DNA of 64,000 bases from Eledone cirrhosa (Eukaryota), in the NCBI GenBank assembly GCA_964016885.1, contig OZ024742.1, positions 64,170,001 through 64,234,000 on the forward strand, read 5' to 3'. The position numbers and the translations under genes were made by a program. Under the pieces are notes generated by a model. It had not been told where the DNA came from, did no database searches, and saw only the letters and a list, made by a program, of their open reading frames with translations. Positions 39,851 to 53,333 of this stretch are shown here, one piece after another; the stretch's first letter is position 1; every line of letters starts with the position of its first letter.

Positions 39851-41388
39851 TCATCATCATCATCATCATCATCGTTTAACGTCCATGTTCCACGCTTGCA
39901 TGGGTTTGGACGGGAGTTTTCCCACTTGAGGCAAGAGTGGTTGTCTTGCTCGCATAGGACTGTCTGGCGGGTGTATTTTGTTAGAGATGCCTACTGACTG
40001 TAGTAGGTTTTACTTTGTATTTAGGTAAGGCGGGTCTTCTCTATTACTGAGTACCGCCAAAGGTCTCGGTCCAGTGACATTGTCTTGGAGAGGTGTAAGT
40101 CTGTGAGGTCGGAATTTATCAGCTCGTCCCAGGTTTTTCTGGGTCTGCCTACTCCGTGGCTACCGTCTATCTTTATTGCCCTGCACTTTGCTATACAGCT
40201 GTCGTCTTTCATGCGCATCACGTGACCATACCAACGTAGCCTTCTCTCGAGTAAACAACATCTGATCCCTCTTATTTCTAATTTTTTCCTTAGTTCGTTT
40301 ATGCTTTGCCGTTCACGTATATTACTATTACACATCCAGCGGAGCATGCAAGCTTTGTTCCTCTCTAGTCTGCGTATATCCTCTGCACACAATGCCCAGG
40401 TCTCACTGCCATGCAACATTGCTGTTCGTATGCAGGCATCATACAACCTGCCTTTCATTTTTAGGGAGAACCCTTTAGCGGCTAATAGTGGTATAAGCTC
40501 TCTGAACTTTTTCCATCCAGTTCTGACTCTAGCTACTGTACTTTCAGAGCACCCTCCCCCACTGCTGATTTTGTCACCCAGGTAACGGAAGCTGTCCACT
40601 ATTTCTATAGAACCCTCTGCGCAGTTGAAAGAGCTAGTATTTTGTGGGCACTTGCTGCTACTTATTGCACCAGAGCACCGGCCACATGTAAAATCTGTGG
40701 TCTTAGTTAGCTTACCTGTGATCCCACTACATCTTTTATGCACCCATACTTTGCATTTGGGACATAAAATGGAGTTTCTACCTACGCCTTTCCTACACAC
40801 TGAGCATGGCCATTTCCCGGAAGGGACCGGCGCCTTATTTTCTTTCCCACAAACTAGAACTTTAGTCTTAGCCAGGTTAATTTTAAGGCCTTTTGATTCT
40901 AGGCCGTGCTTCCATGTTTGGAATTTCTTCTCTAGTTCGGCCATTGATTCAGCTATGAGCGTTAGGTCATCTGCGTATAGGAGTTCCCATGGGCAGCCGG
41001 TCTTGAACTCCTCTGTTATAGCCTGAAGAGCAATAATAAATAGTAGGGGGCTAAGAACAGAGCCCTGATGGACACCAACTTTTACGCTAAACTCTTCACT
41101 ATATTCGTTGTTAATTCTAACCTTGCTCACTGTTTCTTTATACATGGCTTGTATAGCTCTCACAAGCCATTCGTCAACACCTAGTTTTCTAAGAGCCCAC
41201 CAGATAATGGAACGGGGGACTCTGTCGAAGGCTTTCTCCAAGTCAACAAAGGCTAAGTATAGGGGTTTACTTTTAGCTAGGTACTTCTCCTGTAGTTGTC
41301 GTACAATGAAAAGAGCGTCTGTGGTACTTTTGCCTGACACAAACCCGAACTGCATTTCATCTAGGTCAATTCTCTCTCTGATTAGTTG

Positions 41389-41391
<3 letters not shown>
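39851..41391 (-). mobile_element. 5'-truncated RTE-clade LINE with uninterrupted RT frame (40021-41391) and PHD-like finger
   Basis: QFGF, FVDLEKAFD, GVHQGSVLSPLLF, YADDL, FRYLG, HGSETW, RLRWYGHV, GRPRKTW; (GAT)n tail; TA tracts at both ends. Confidence 0.95.
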
Positions 41392-41467
<76 letters not shown>

Positions 41468-42159
41468 CAGCGAAATCTCTTCACACATACAGACCCCCAA
41501 ATGACACCTGGATGCTATTTTTCTTTATCTTGGGTTGGTGCCTGGAGTCTGGAGAAACTGATCTACTTGAAGTTAAGGGAGATAAGATTTAAAGCCGTTC
41601 CACTCTCATTTCTAAGAAGAGAAGGACATCACTTCGAATTGCTCTAACAGTAGAGAGATATTACATTTGGCAAAAAAACACTCCAGTCCTATCAACATGG
41701 TTGGTACTTCATTAAAAGTTAGTTCAATGCATCTGATCAGACTACTACTACCTTCACACAAACATAACACTCAATTCACTTGGTTCTTTGTTGTTTTCCT
41801 ATTTTATCAACAATAGCTTCAATGTAAGCTATTTTCTTAATAAAAAATCTTAGTAGCGATCATGTTTTATTTGTTAATTCAACGGCATTTCACACATCGC
41901 TTATATATGGGACAAATTTTACCTTATGCACAATCACCCAGCAAGTCAAATACTTCACTACTACAACCCCTGCCATGCTCAAATACTTCACTACTACAAC
42001 CTCTGCCATTCTCAAATGAACAACAAACTCAAACCAATTCCTTCCATCACTACATCTACTCAACATTCAATCACTACAACCCCAAAACACATATTTGCAA
42101 CATCAACTATGCTACATATTTATACATATCTGTAGGAATATATATATATATATATATAT

Positions 42160-42416
42160 GATGATGATGACGTGTCAGTGACACAACAAAAAGCACCCAG
42201 TCCACACTGTAAAGTGGTCGTGTAGGAGACATGGTAAAAAGGCTCCCAGTCCACACAGTAAATGTGGTTGGTGTTAGGAAGGGCATCCAGCCATAGAAAA
42301 CCTGCCAGAGACAGTTCCGTACAGGCGAGACACGGTCTCCCAACCAATCCCGCATCAAATGGAGCAAAACCGTCTGACGCATGCTAGCGTGGAAGATGGA
42401 CGTTAAACGATGATGA
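42160..42416 (+). mobile_element. RTE-type 3' UTR fragment
   Basis: GGTTGGTGTTAGGAAGGGCATCCAGC...GGACGTTAAACGATGATGAT, between TA tracts. Confidence 0.8.
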
Positions 42417-42486
42417 TATATATATATACATACATACATATATTTATACTTACGTATCTACTTACCTATCTATTAATTCACCTATC

Positions 42487-43123
42487 AAGATGCGAGCGGG
42501 ACATTGAAACCGTCCTGCACGCAATTGTACACTGCCCGGGCATAACCGACCTATGGAACTACACAGAACAACTGCTGTCATGTGTGGGACAAATCCAATT
42601 GACTGCTGAGTCCATAGTAAGGATCAAACCGCCACCTTCATATAAAAACGAAAGAGAGGCGGTTTTCCTCTGTATAGTGGCTATGGTGAAAGAGGTTATA
42701 TGGTGGACAAGGTTGAGAGGACTGAGGACAGATGCCTTTCTCTCCGGACCATAGTTCATTCCCTTCTTTAGGTACCACTTTAGAAGGAGAATCAGAGTGG
42801 AGAGAGAGGTACTGCACCCCAATAAATTTGCTGAAAGGTGGGTGAATGTAGCAAAAATGGCCCGAGTGATTGGGCCTTCTCTATATATAAACCTGTAGGT
42901 TGAAGAAGGAAGAAAGGAGCACTTGCACAACATGCTCCTGGAGTTGAGGGTTGTTCTATCTACGGGGTATAAAACAACCCATTTGTAACGTCTACCCCCT
43001 ATTGGGGATTTCGATTGTTGAATTTGTAAGTTAAAATTTTTTACACGATTGTATGTAAAATCCCTGCCATATGTCTTTGTATTGTCCCCTTTTCTTGTGT
43101 GCTCTTGTGGCAAATAAAGAAAT
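42487..43123 (+). mobile_element. Tx1/L1-type LINE 3' fragment
   Basis: RCERDIETVLHAIVHCP..DLW (C-terminal CCHC zinc knuckle); in-frame stop; ends at AATAAAGAAA. Confidence 0.75.
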
Positions 43124-43564
43124 ATATCTATTAACTCACCTATATGTCTAGCTATCCATCTATTTATCTCTCTATACATTCATTCACCATCTATCTATCC
43201 TTACAGCCAGCAATCAATGTGAGATCTGCTGTATCCAGACAGTTCCATTAGAGTGGAAACAGTTCCTATCTGCTCTAGGAAGAGTCAAGATAGCCATCCA
43301 TACTTAACATTCCAAGACATTCTTTATAGAATACAACTTCATAATAAGGTATGTAGGCACATTTTTCTAAAAGTATTTCTTTTTCTCTATATATCTTTCT
43401 ATCTTCTCTCTCATACAAAGTTAACAAGTGATATAAAAATTGTAAGAACTTCTATTTTTATAAGATCTTTTGTACCTAAAGAATGTTTGGTGATATTTGT
43501 GTGCACAGTCAACTAATGTTTAGCTTGTTCATTGATTAAACTTATTTTACGTCTCATTATCTCT

Positions 43565-43770
43565 AGTATCGGTAGAGTGTCTGACAACATGCCTTGTGGG
43601 ATATAGTTACAGCCCTTTACATTTTGAGGTCATATCCTGCCAAGGTTAGCTTTGCCTTTCATCCTTACAGGGTTGATAAAATAAAATACCAGAAATGTAC
43701 CAGGGTCTATTTAATTGACTTGCCCCTTCCCTTCAAATTGCTGGTTTTGTGCCAAAAGTAGAAACAATTA
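43565..43770 (+). mobile_element. SINE family A (diverged)
   Basis: Matches family A. Confidence 0.75.
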
Positions 43771-44049
43771 TCACTATAATTTCCATCAAACATAGATTAC
43801 ATTCTCCTTCTTTACTCATGTAGGGATTAGCAGTTAGAATTGTAGACCAATACTTTTTGCTTTGAAATTCCAAATAATTTTCTTTTCTATTGTTGTCAGA
43901 GTTTTTCCATTCATAGTACAATATAATCTGGTATACCTACAGCTTAGTGACCCTGCTCTTCATTTTGTTTCTTTATAACTTCATTAATGCATATTTTTTT
44001 AATGAAACTTTGCAGAGATACATTCTAGAAGGTGTAGATTACAATAATC

Positions 44050-44925
44050 ATCATCATCCCCTAGCCTCTTTCAAGGTCATTGGGTCACTGTAGTGCCGAA
44101 CGCTGCACAAACTGCCTCCATTTATGTCAGTCAGGAGTGAGTGCTTTGGCAGTGGCAAGGTTCTTCCTCGTTCTCTCACCTATATTGTCAGTCCACCACT
44201 TCCTCTGTCTACCTCACCCTCTCTTTCCTTGCACTTTTCCTTGGAGAATTGTCTCAGAAAGTCCATCTGATCTTTGATCTTATCACATGCCCAAACCACC
44301 TCCACTTTCTCCTCTTCACTCTAGTTAGCAGATCTTCAAAGTAGTTCACATGTTGGGTGATTCTTTTGCAGACCTCCTCATTCGTGATATGTTCTGTGTA
44401 GGAGGTTACCAGGAATCTTCTATAGCATCTCATCTCCACTGTTTGCATCTTCCTTTGCAGTTCAGCAGTCAAGGCCCATGACTTGCATGCGTATAGGACC
44501 ACATAGGAGTTTTATTTTGCATCTGAGAGTAGTGTTCTTGTCTCTTCAGAGTGGTTTCAGTTTAGCAAGTGCTGTGGCTGTTAGAGCACTTCTAGCTTTG
44601 ATCCCTCATTATTGATGATGCCACCAAGGTACTTGAATTGCATCACAGTCACCGTTTCTTGACCACTGCTTGTGATCCTTTCCTCTATTGGCTTTATGGT
44701 CTTTGTCATCAACTTTCTTTTCTTGGTGCTGATCTCCATGCCGTATCTGGCAGATGTTACATCCAGATGGTTCACTAGTTTAACAAGTTCTTCACTTCCA
44801 GCCAGCCCATCGATAACATCAGCGAACCTGAGATTTGTGACAATGCCTCCATCTATACTGATTGTCCCGGAATTGTCTTCTAGGGCATTGATCAGGAAGG
44901 TGTTGAATAATGTTGAGGAATGTAC
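44050..44925 (-). pseudogene. Decayed RTE (BovB-like) LINE 3' half
   Basis: TNLRFADVIDGLAG, FKYLG, LYACKSWAL, EMRCYRR, KWRWFGHV with frameshifts. Confidence 0.85.
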
Positions 44926-45012
44926 CACTCCAATATTGCTATAGATATATCAGGACTCCATATTAGCTATGGGCTACTTCAGCACTGTTGCTGTTCTAAC
45001 CTAAGAAAACAC

Positions 45013-48000
45013 GTCCTCAATATACCAGATAATGTAGTCCTCAATATACCAGATAATGTAGTCCTTTATATACCAGATAATGTTGTCCTCAATATACCAG
45101 ATAATGTAGTCCTCAATATACCAGATAATGTAGTCCTCAATATACCAGATAATGTAGTCCTTTATATACCAGATAATGTTGTCCTCAATATACCAGATAA
45201 TGTAGTCCTCAATATACCAGATAATGTAGTCCTCAATATACCAGATAATGTTGTCCTCAATATACCAGATAATGTAGTCCTCAATATACCAGATAATGTA
45301 GTCCTCAGTATACCAGATAATGTAGTCCTTTATATACCAGATAATATAGTCCTCAATATACCAGATAATGTAGTCCTCAATATACCAGATAATGTAGTCC
45401 TCAATATACCAGATAATGTAGTCCTCAATATACCAGATAATGTAGTCCTTTATATACCAGATAATGTAGTCCTCAATATACCAAATAATGTAGTCCTCAA
45501 TATACCAGATAATGTAGTCCTCAATATACCAGATAATGTAGTCCTTTATATACCAGATAATGTAGTCCTCAATATACCAGATAATGTAGTCCTCAATATA
45601 CCAGATAATGTAGTCCTCAATATACCAGATAATGTAGTCCTCAATATACCAGATAATGTAGTCCTCAATATACCAGATAATGTAGTCCTCAATATACCAG
45701 ATAATGTAGTCCTTTATATACCAGATAATGTAGTCCTCAATATACCAAATAATGTAGTCCTCAATATACCAGATAATGTAGTCTTCAATATACCAGATAA
45801 TGTAGTCCTTTATATACCAGATAATGTAGTCCTCAATATACCAGATAATGTAGTCCTCGATATACCAGATAATGTAGTCCTCAATATACCAGATAATGTA
45901 GTCCTCAATATACCAGATAATGTAGTCCTCAATATACCAGATAATGTAGTCCTCAATATACAGATAATGTAGTCCTCAATATACCAGATAATGTAGTCCT
46001 CAATATACCAGATAATGTAGTCCTCAATATACCAGATAATGTAGTCCTTGATATACCAGATAATGTAGTCCTCAATATACCAGATAATGTAGTCCTCAAT
46101 ATACCAGATAATGTAGTCCTTTATATACCAGATAATATAGTCCTCAATATACCAGATAATGTAGTCCTCAATATACCAGATAATGTAGTCCTTTATATAC
46201 CAGATAATATAGTCCTCAATATACCAGATAATGTAGTCCTTTATATACCAGATAATATAGTCCTCAATATACCAGATAATGTAGTCCTCAATATACCAGA
46301 TAATGTAGTCCTCTATATACCAGATGATGTAGTCCTTTATATACCAGATAATGTAGTCCTTTATATACCAGATAATATAGTCCTCAATATACCAGATAAT
46401 GTAGTCCTCAATATACCAGATAATGTAGTCCTTTATATACCAGATAATGTAGTCCATTATATACCAGATAATATAGTCCTCAATATACCAGATAATGTAG
46501 TCCTCAATATACCAGATAATGTAGTCCTTTATATACCAGATAATGTAGTCCTCAATATACCAGATAATGTAGTCCTTTATATACCAGATATTGTATCCTC
46601 AATATACCAGATAATGTAGTCCTCTATATACCAGATATTGTATCCTCAATATACCAGATAATGTAGTCCTTTATATACCAGATATTGTATCCTCAATATA
46701 CCAGATAATGTAGTCCTCAATATACCAGATAATGTAGTCCTCAATATACCAGATAATGTAGTCCTTTATATACCAGATAATATAGTCCTCAATATACCAG
46801 ATAATGTAGTCCTCAATATACCAGATAATGTAGTCCTCAATATACCAGATAATGTAGTCCTCAATATACCAGATAATGTAGTCCTCAATATACCAGATAA
46901 TGTAGTCCTTTATATACCAGATAATGTAGTCCTGAATATACCAGATAATGTAGTCCTCAATATACCAGATAATGTAGTCCTTTATATACCAGATAATGTA
47001 GTCCTTTATATACCAGATAATATAGTCCTCAATATACCAGATAATGTAGTCCTCAATATACCAGATAATGTAGTCCTTTATATACCAGATAATATAGTCC
47101 TCAATATACCAGATAATGTAGTCCTTTATATACCAGATAATATAGTCCTCAATATACCAGATAATGTAGTCCTCAATATACCAGATAATGTAGTCCTCAA
47201 TATACCAGATAATGTAGTCCTCAATATACCAGATAATGTAGTCCTCAATATACCAGATAATGTAGTCCTCTATATACCAGATAATGTAGTCCTCAATATA
47301 CCAGATAATGTAGTCCTCAATATACCAGATAATGTAGTCCTCAATATACCAGATAATGTAGTCCTCAATATACCAGATAATGTAGTCCTCAATATACCAG
47401 ATAATGTAGTCCTTTATATACCAGATAATGTAGTCCTCAATATACCAAATAATGTAGTCCTCAATATACCAGATAATGTAGTCCTCAATATACCAGATAA
47501 TGTAGTCCTTTATATACCAGATAATGTAGTCCTCAATATACCAGATAATGTAGTCCTCAATATACCAGATAATGTAGTCCTCAATATACCAGATAATGTA
47601 GTCCTCAATATACCAGATAATGTAGTCCTCAATATACCAGATAATGTAGTCCTCAATATACCAGATAATGTAGTCCTCAATATACCAGATAATGTAGTCC
47701 TTGATATACCAGATAATGTAGTCCTCAATATACCAGATAATGTAGTCCTCAATATACCAGATAATGTAGTCCTTTATATACCAGATAATATAGTCCTCAG
47801 TATACCAGATAATGTAGTCCTCAATATACCAGATAATGTAGTCCTTTATATACCAGATAATATAGTCCTCAATATACCAGATAATGTAGTCCTTTATATA
47901 CCAGATAATATAGTCCTCAATATACCAGATAATGTAGTCCTCAATATACCAGATAATGTAGTCCTCTATATACCAGATGATGTAGTCCTTTATATACCAG

Positions 48001-49225
48001 ATAATGTAGTCCTTTATATACCAGATAATATAGTCCTCAATATACCAGATAATGTAGTCCTTTATATACCAGATAATGTAGTCCTTTATATACCAGATAA
48101 TATAGTCCTCAATATACCAGATAATGTAGTCCTCAATATACCAGATAATGTAGTCCTTTATATACCAGATAATGTAGTCCTCAATATACCAGATAATGTA
48201 GTCCTTTATATACCAGATATTGTATCCTCAATATACCAGATAATGTAGTCCTCTATATACCAGATATTGTATCCTCAATATACCAGATAATGTAGTCCTT
48301 TATATACCAGATATTGTATCCTCAATATACCAGATAATGTAGTCCTCAATATACCAGATAATGTAGTCCTTTATATATCAGATAATATAGTCCTCAATAT
48401 ACCAGATAATGTAGTCCTCAATATACCAGATAATGTAGTCCTCAATATACCAGATAATGTAGTCCTCAATATACCAGATAATGTAGTCCTCAATATACCA
48501 GATAATGTAGTCCTCAATATACCAGATAATGTAGTCCTTTATATACCAGATAATGTAGTCCTGAATATACCAGATAATGTAGTCCTCAATATACCAGATA
48601 ATGTAGTCCTTTATATACCAGATAATGTAGTCCTTTATATACCAGATAATATAGTCCTCAATATACCAGATAATGTAGTCCTCAATATACCAGATAATGT
48701 AGTCCTTTATATACCAGATAATATAGTCCTCAATATACCAGATAATGTAGTCCTTTATATACCAGATAATATAGTCCTCAATATACCAGATAATGTAGTC
48801 CTCAATATACCAGATAATGTAGTCCTCAATATACCAGATAATGTAGTCCTTTATATACCAGATAATATAGTCCTCAATATACCAGATAGTGTAGTCCTCA
48901 ATATACCAGATAATGTAGTCCTTTATATACCAGCTAATGTAGTCCTCAATATACCAGATAATGTAGTCCTCCATATACCAGATAATGTAGTCCTCGATAT
49001 ACCAGATAATGTAGTCCTCAATATACCAGATAATGTAGTCCTCTATATACCAGATAATGTAGTCCTCTATATACCAGATAATGTAGTCCTCGATATACCA
49101 GATAATGTAGTCCTCAATATACCAGATAATGTAGTCCTCGATATACCAGATAATGTAGTCCTTGATATACCAGATAGTGTAGTCCTCGATATACCAGATA
49201 ATGTAGTCCTTGATATACCAGATAA
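45013..49225. repeat. 24-bp minisatellite (GTCCTCAATATACCAGATAATGTA), ~175 copies
   Basis: 8-aa periodicity in ORFs on both strands. Confidence 0.97.
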
Positions 49226-49439
49226 CAGTCCTTAATATCAATATGCCAAAAAAGATGGGATGGTAACTGTTGGAATGCTGGATGAACAGTAAAAATCTTT
49301 TCCACAGTAACAATGAGAGAAAAACTCCAACCTACATATCGACAAAATCTAAAAGTGCTCGTGTTGGTAACACGATAAAATGCACCTAAAAAATAATGTC
49401 TGATATTATATTACTAACATATATATACAATTAAATTGT

Positions 49440-49690
49440 GAAGGCAAATAGCCTGGTGGTTAGTGTTGAACCTATGATCATAAGGTCATGGGTTTGATTT
49501 CCAGACTGAGGTGACATATTATGTCCTTAATCAGATCATTTCATTTCACATTTCTCCAGTTTACTCAGCTGAAAATGGCATCATTTCTGGGGACAAATCT
49601 TATACTCTCAGTCACAAACAACCATGAAACTGAGGGAAGCTCTAGGTTTTATCCAACCTGTTCAAGCATGGGGAAATGGACGTAAAAATA
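49440..49690 (+). mobile_element. Diverged SINE family B copy
   Basis: tRNA-like head, ctccagtttactcagctg body, RTE-like tail ggacgtaaaa. Confidence 0.65.
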
Positions 49691-50503
49691 AGCTATCAGT
49701 GATTAACATACGATCAGACAATACCAAATGTTCAGTATCACTTACAATAACTAAAAACATGCAAGTGAGATGTGGTCCTCTCACCTATTTACAAATGTAA
49801 TAACTCTAAAATAAGAACTAACCCAGACAACCTGTCCATCTCATACCAACCACAGAAAGCAGACATAAAATTATGCTAATGTGGTAAAATGTTAGTTTTG
49901 ATACCATTATAATACACATTCAGTTTACTCTGTAAAGTTGTAATGCTGGTGTCATGAAAAATACACTTGTGTTAGTGTCACATAATATACCTGTGCTGGT
50001 GTCACAGAAAATGCATCCTGCATACACTGGTAGGTGGTTGGTGTTAAAGACATCCAGTTATAGAAACTGAGTCAGAATGTAACTACTGTCTGGTCTTGAA
50101 TGGTGACAATCTACCCAACTCATACCAATATAGAAAACCGACATAAAATGATGCTGAAGTGGTAAAGTATTAGAGCTGATAGTACAATAAAATGTATCTA
50201 ATCTACTCTGTAAAATGGTAGTACTGATATCTCAAAAAATACACCCAACACAGTCTGTAAGGTGGTTGGTGTGAGGGTAAACATCTGGCCATAGAAACCA
50301 TATGGGATGTAGCAAGCAGAATTAGTCACTCTGACTTGTCTTGTCTCAGATTCTGACAACTTGTCCAACCCATGCCAGCATGTGATGTTGATGATAATGT
50401 AAGTAAAACAGATTTTTTTTCAATTTTAGCATTTCTCAGTTTCTTTGTTGCTTCATTTCTTTCAGATTAAACCCAATGATTATCTAAATATCCAACATTC
50501 CGT

Positions 50504-50890
50504 ATGGCTGCTAAGAAGAAAGATGATTTTCAAGATTCTGCATATTACAGACGCAACTGTCAAACAACTTATGGATGGTATGGCTCACCTGGCTCAAATT
50601 CCTTAGGCCGTGCTGGACGTTCCAGTCGACGTAACTTAGACCGATTCAATGAAAGACAGATTCCCCGTCCAGAATCGTCAAATTATATTTATGAAGGAGG
50701 ACTTTTCTCAACACCATCATCACCTCGACGTGATTATTTCGTGATCCACCCTGAATGGGTATCGGAGGGGACTACTCCTGTGAAAATGAGAGTAGAGAAG
50801 AAAAACCGAACTGGTACCTGGCCAGGCCGGCGTTGTCGAAGTGCCCCTCCCCCCAGTTATAGGAATCCAATAACTTGGGAACCAAATTAA
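50504..50890 (+). CDS. Uncharacterised basic 128-aa protein, entire CDS in one exon
   Basis: Non-repetitive ORF, GC above background. Polypyrimidine tract + TTTCAG acceptor ending at 50465; in-frame TGA at 50477 makes 50504 the likely start; AT-rich 3' flank. Confidence 0.75.
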   Translation: MAAKKKDDFQDSAYYRRNCQTTYGWYGSPGSNSLGRAGRSSRRNLDRFNERQIPRPESSNYIYEGGLFSTPSSPRRDYFVIHPEWVSEGTTPVKMRVEKKNRTGTWPGRRCRSAPPPSYRNPITWEPN

Positions 50891-50984
50891 TGTTTCATGC
50901 GATAATAGCAATGTCTTTGGATTCTTTTTTGAATTTTTTTAACTTTGTTTTTTTTTTAAAGAAAACAAAACACAAAAAAAAGAA

Positions 50985-51315
50985 AATTAAGGCAGAGCTT
51001 GTAAGAAAGGTGAATTATGTCAGATATATACAACACAATAAGATTATCCAATTAAGGCGGAGCTTGTAAGGTCAGAATGTCAGTTTTACACAACACAATA
51101 AGATTATCCATTTAAGGTGGAGCTTGTAAGAGCAGAATGTCAGTTTTACACAACACAATAAGATCATCCAACTAACATCATATATACACACAACACAATA
51201 ACATTATCAAATAAAGGTGGGACCAATAAGAACAAATAATATTATCAAACAATGGAATAGAAAACATATACAACAAAATAATATTATCAAATTAAGGCAG
51301 AATTTGTAAGATAGG
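50985..51315. repeat. ~60-bp tandem repeat downstream of the CDS
   Basis: CAACACAATAAGATTATCCA at 51031, 51091 and (variant) 51151, plus degenerate copies. Confidence 0.85.
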
Positions 51316-51507
51316 TTGAAGTTAACATGAAATAAAGACAACAAAAAAATTAGACTAATGTCAGACAACACAACAACATAAAATTCTAAGTAGGAATCTA
51401 TCTATATATGTATATATGCAAAAGGCAAACAGAAATAACAAAGCAAACGACACAATACAATGAAGAAATATATTATTAGTTTTACGCTTGATTTAGTATG
51501 AAAAGAG

Positions 51508-51543
51508 TCTTAACGTTTCGGACGCTAGCCCTTCATCAGAATA
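51508..51543 (-). ncRNA. Minimal Penelope-type hammerhead motif
   Basis: Minus strand att-CTGATGA-agggc tagc gtcc-GAAACGTT-aag; weak stem I. Confidence 0.6.
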
Positions 51544-52794
51544 TAACCAAAGGCTTTACTCAGTTAAAACCATTTATTTTTATGACAATTTCTATCAAGA
51601 GAGATATAGTACCAATCAATTAAATTAATTAGACACTTAATTATTTCTGAGGTACAAACATCTCTCAGAATCTCATCAGGAAAATATGTATTAATTAGAT
51701 GAGTCACTTGGTCCCATTATGTTATTATACAAGCAATCATTCAAGAAGTGAAGGAAAAAATAAGAAAAGGTAAAAGAAAAAGAAAGACAATCTAGATGAG
51801 TTGTGTGGCGAAAAAGGAACATAAATTTAAGCATTGTGTAGGAAGTAAAAAATTGTTAGAGAGAGTTAGGCAGAAAGGCAAGTCACCATGCAGACCGAGA
51901 ATAAAGATGAATGAATACATATATATATATATATATATACTACTCATACTATAAATAATAAATATAGATTTAACACTGATTTTTAAGGAAGAGAGCAAAA
52001 TTAAAACTGTTTGCATACAATACACATACAAAATTAGAAGTACAAGTAATATATGTAAAAACAAAGATGAATCATATTTATGAAGCTTTGGGAAAATTTG
52101 AAAAATTGAAATGGTCATTTATATATTTATATATATATAATGATCATATAAAAAATTAATTGCAAAATTTGGAAAGAGGGGAAAAGTCTTTTAATCCTTA
52201 AAATACTGGGTATATGCTTGAAAATATGGCTTGGCAGGTTGGTGTGTTGGCTTTCTGTGGAAATATTTGGCTGAGGGGAATTTTGGTGGGACAAACATAA
52301 GGCAATTTCTCGGCCTTTTATTTTATTTATTTATTTTTTATTTTTACTTTCTGCTTCTAAATAAATGGACCTCAATCTATTGCCTCAGTGAATTAATGTT
52401 ATAATTAATGTTTTCAGCACCATTTTATGTTGATAATGTACATTAAAAGGCTTCACTTCTTCCCTGAGGAATTATTTCCTCTTTATGCATAGCTAAAAAA
52501 AAATCAATATTTAAAAAAAAATCTATTTTTTTATTATTATTCAATTTGTTCTTATATCCCTTTAACTGGAGAATGAAATCAAAGCCATAATTAAAATCTT
52601 TAACCCTTTTTATATGAAACCACATCAAATCGCCCCTAGTTCTGCGATAATAAACTATTTATTTTAAAGTGTTCATTTATATTTAAAAAAAAAAACACTT
52701 TCATCATAATTTTATGTAAGAATTTTTGTCCTTTTGTATGTAGGGAGAAACCTTTGTCAACAGTGAGAGTAGCCCTCTAAACTTCTTTCATCCT

Positions 52795-53153
52795 ATCCTT
52801 ATTCTAGCCATTATGCTCCCAGAGCACCCACCCCTGCTGCTAATTAAGTCACCTAGATAGCAGAAGCTATCAACCACTTCTATGGACTCTTCCTGTGACT
52901 GGAAAAGGTTTAATCACTGATACTCTCCCCGTTGATTACCTCTGTGCACCTTCTTCCTTTCCTGATAGTTTATCTGTTATCCCACTATATCTCTTGTGTA
53001 CCCAAGATTTACATTGTGTACATCTTATAGAGTTTATGCCTACTTCTTTTTTACATATTGAGCAGGGCCACTTTTCTGGGGGAATCAGGGCCCCAACCTC
53101 TTTCTTACTTACTTTAGTTTTGGTTAAGTTTATTCTCAGACCTTTCAACTCCA
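52795..53153 (-). pseudogene. RTE fragment with PHD-like finger (related subfamily)
   Basis: LRINLTKTKV...KWPCSICKKEVGINSIRCTQCKSWVHKR; abuts a SINE. Confidence 0.85.
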
Positions 53154-53155
53154 AT

Positions 53156-53333
53156 AATTGTTTCTACTTTTGGTACAAGGCCAGCAATTATCCAGTGCAT
53201 TACTGGTACTTTATTTTATCGACCCTGTAAGGATGAAAGGCAAAGTTAACCTCGGCGGGATTTGATCTCAGAATGGCAAGGGCTGTAACTCTATACGTCA
53301 AAGCATGGTGTTCGACCCTCTACTGATACTGCT
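53156..53333 (-). mobile_element. SINE family A
   Basis: Matches 2955-3145. Confidence 0.85.

Noticed and set aside
40301-41647. Plus-strand ORFs overlapping the RTE (and equivalents over the CR1 copies)
   Set aside because: Antisense shadows of the retrotransposon reading frames.
44920-49313. VLNIPDNV / WYIEDYII repeat ORFs
   Set aside because: 24-bp satellite with frameshifting 23-bp units; open on both strands.
51630-51685. Minus-strand CTGATGA...GAAA...GTC
   Set aside because: Stems I and III do not pair in hammerhead geometry.
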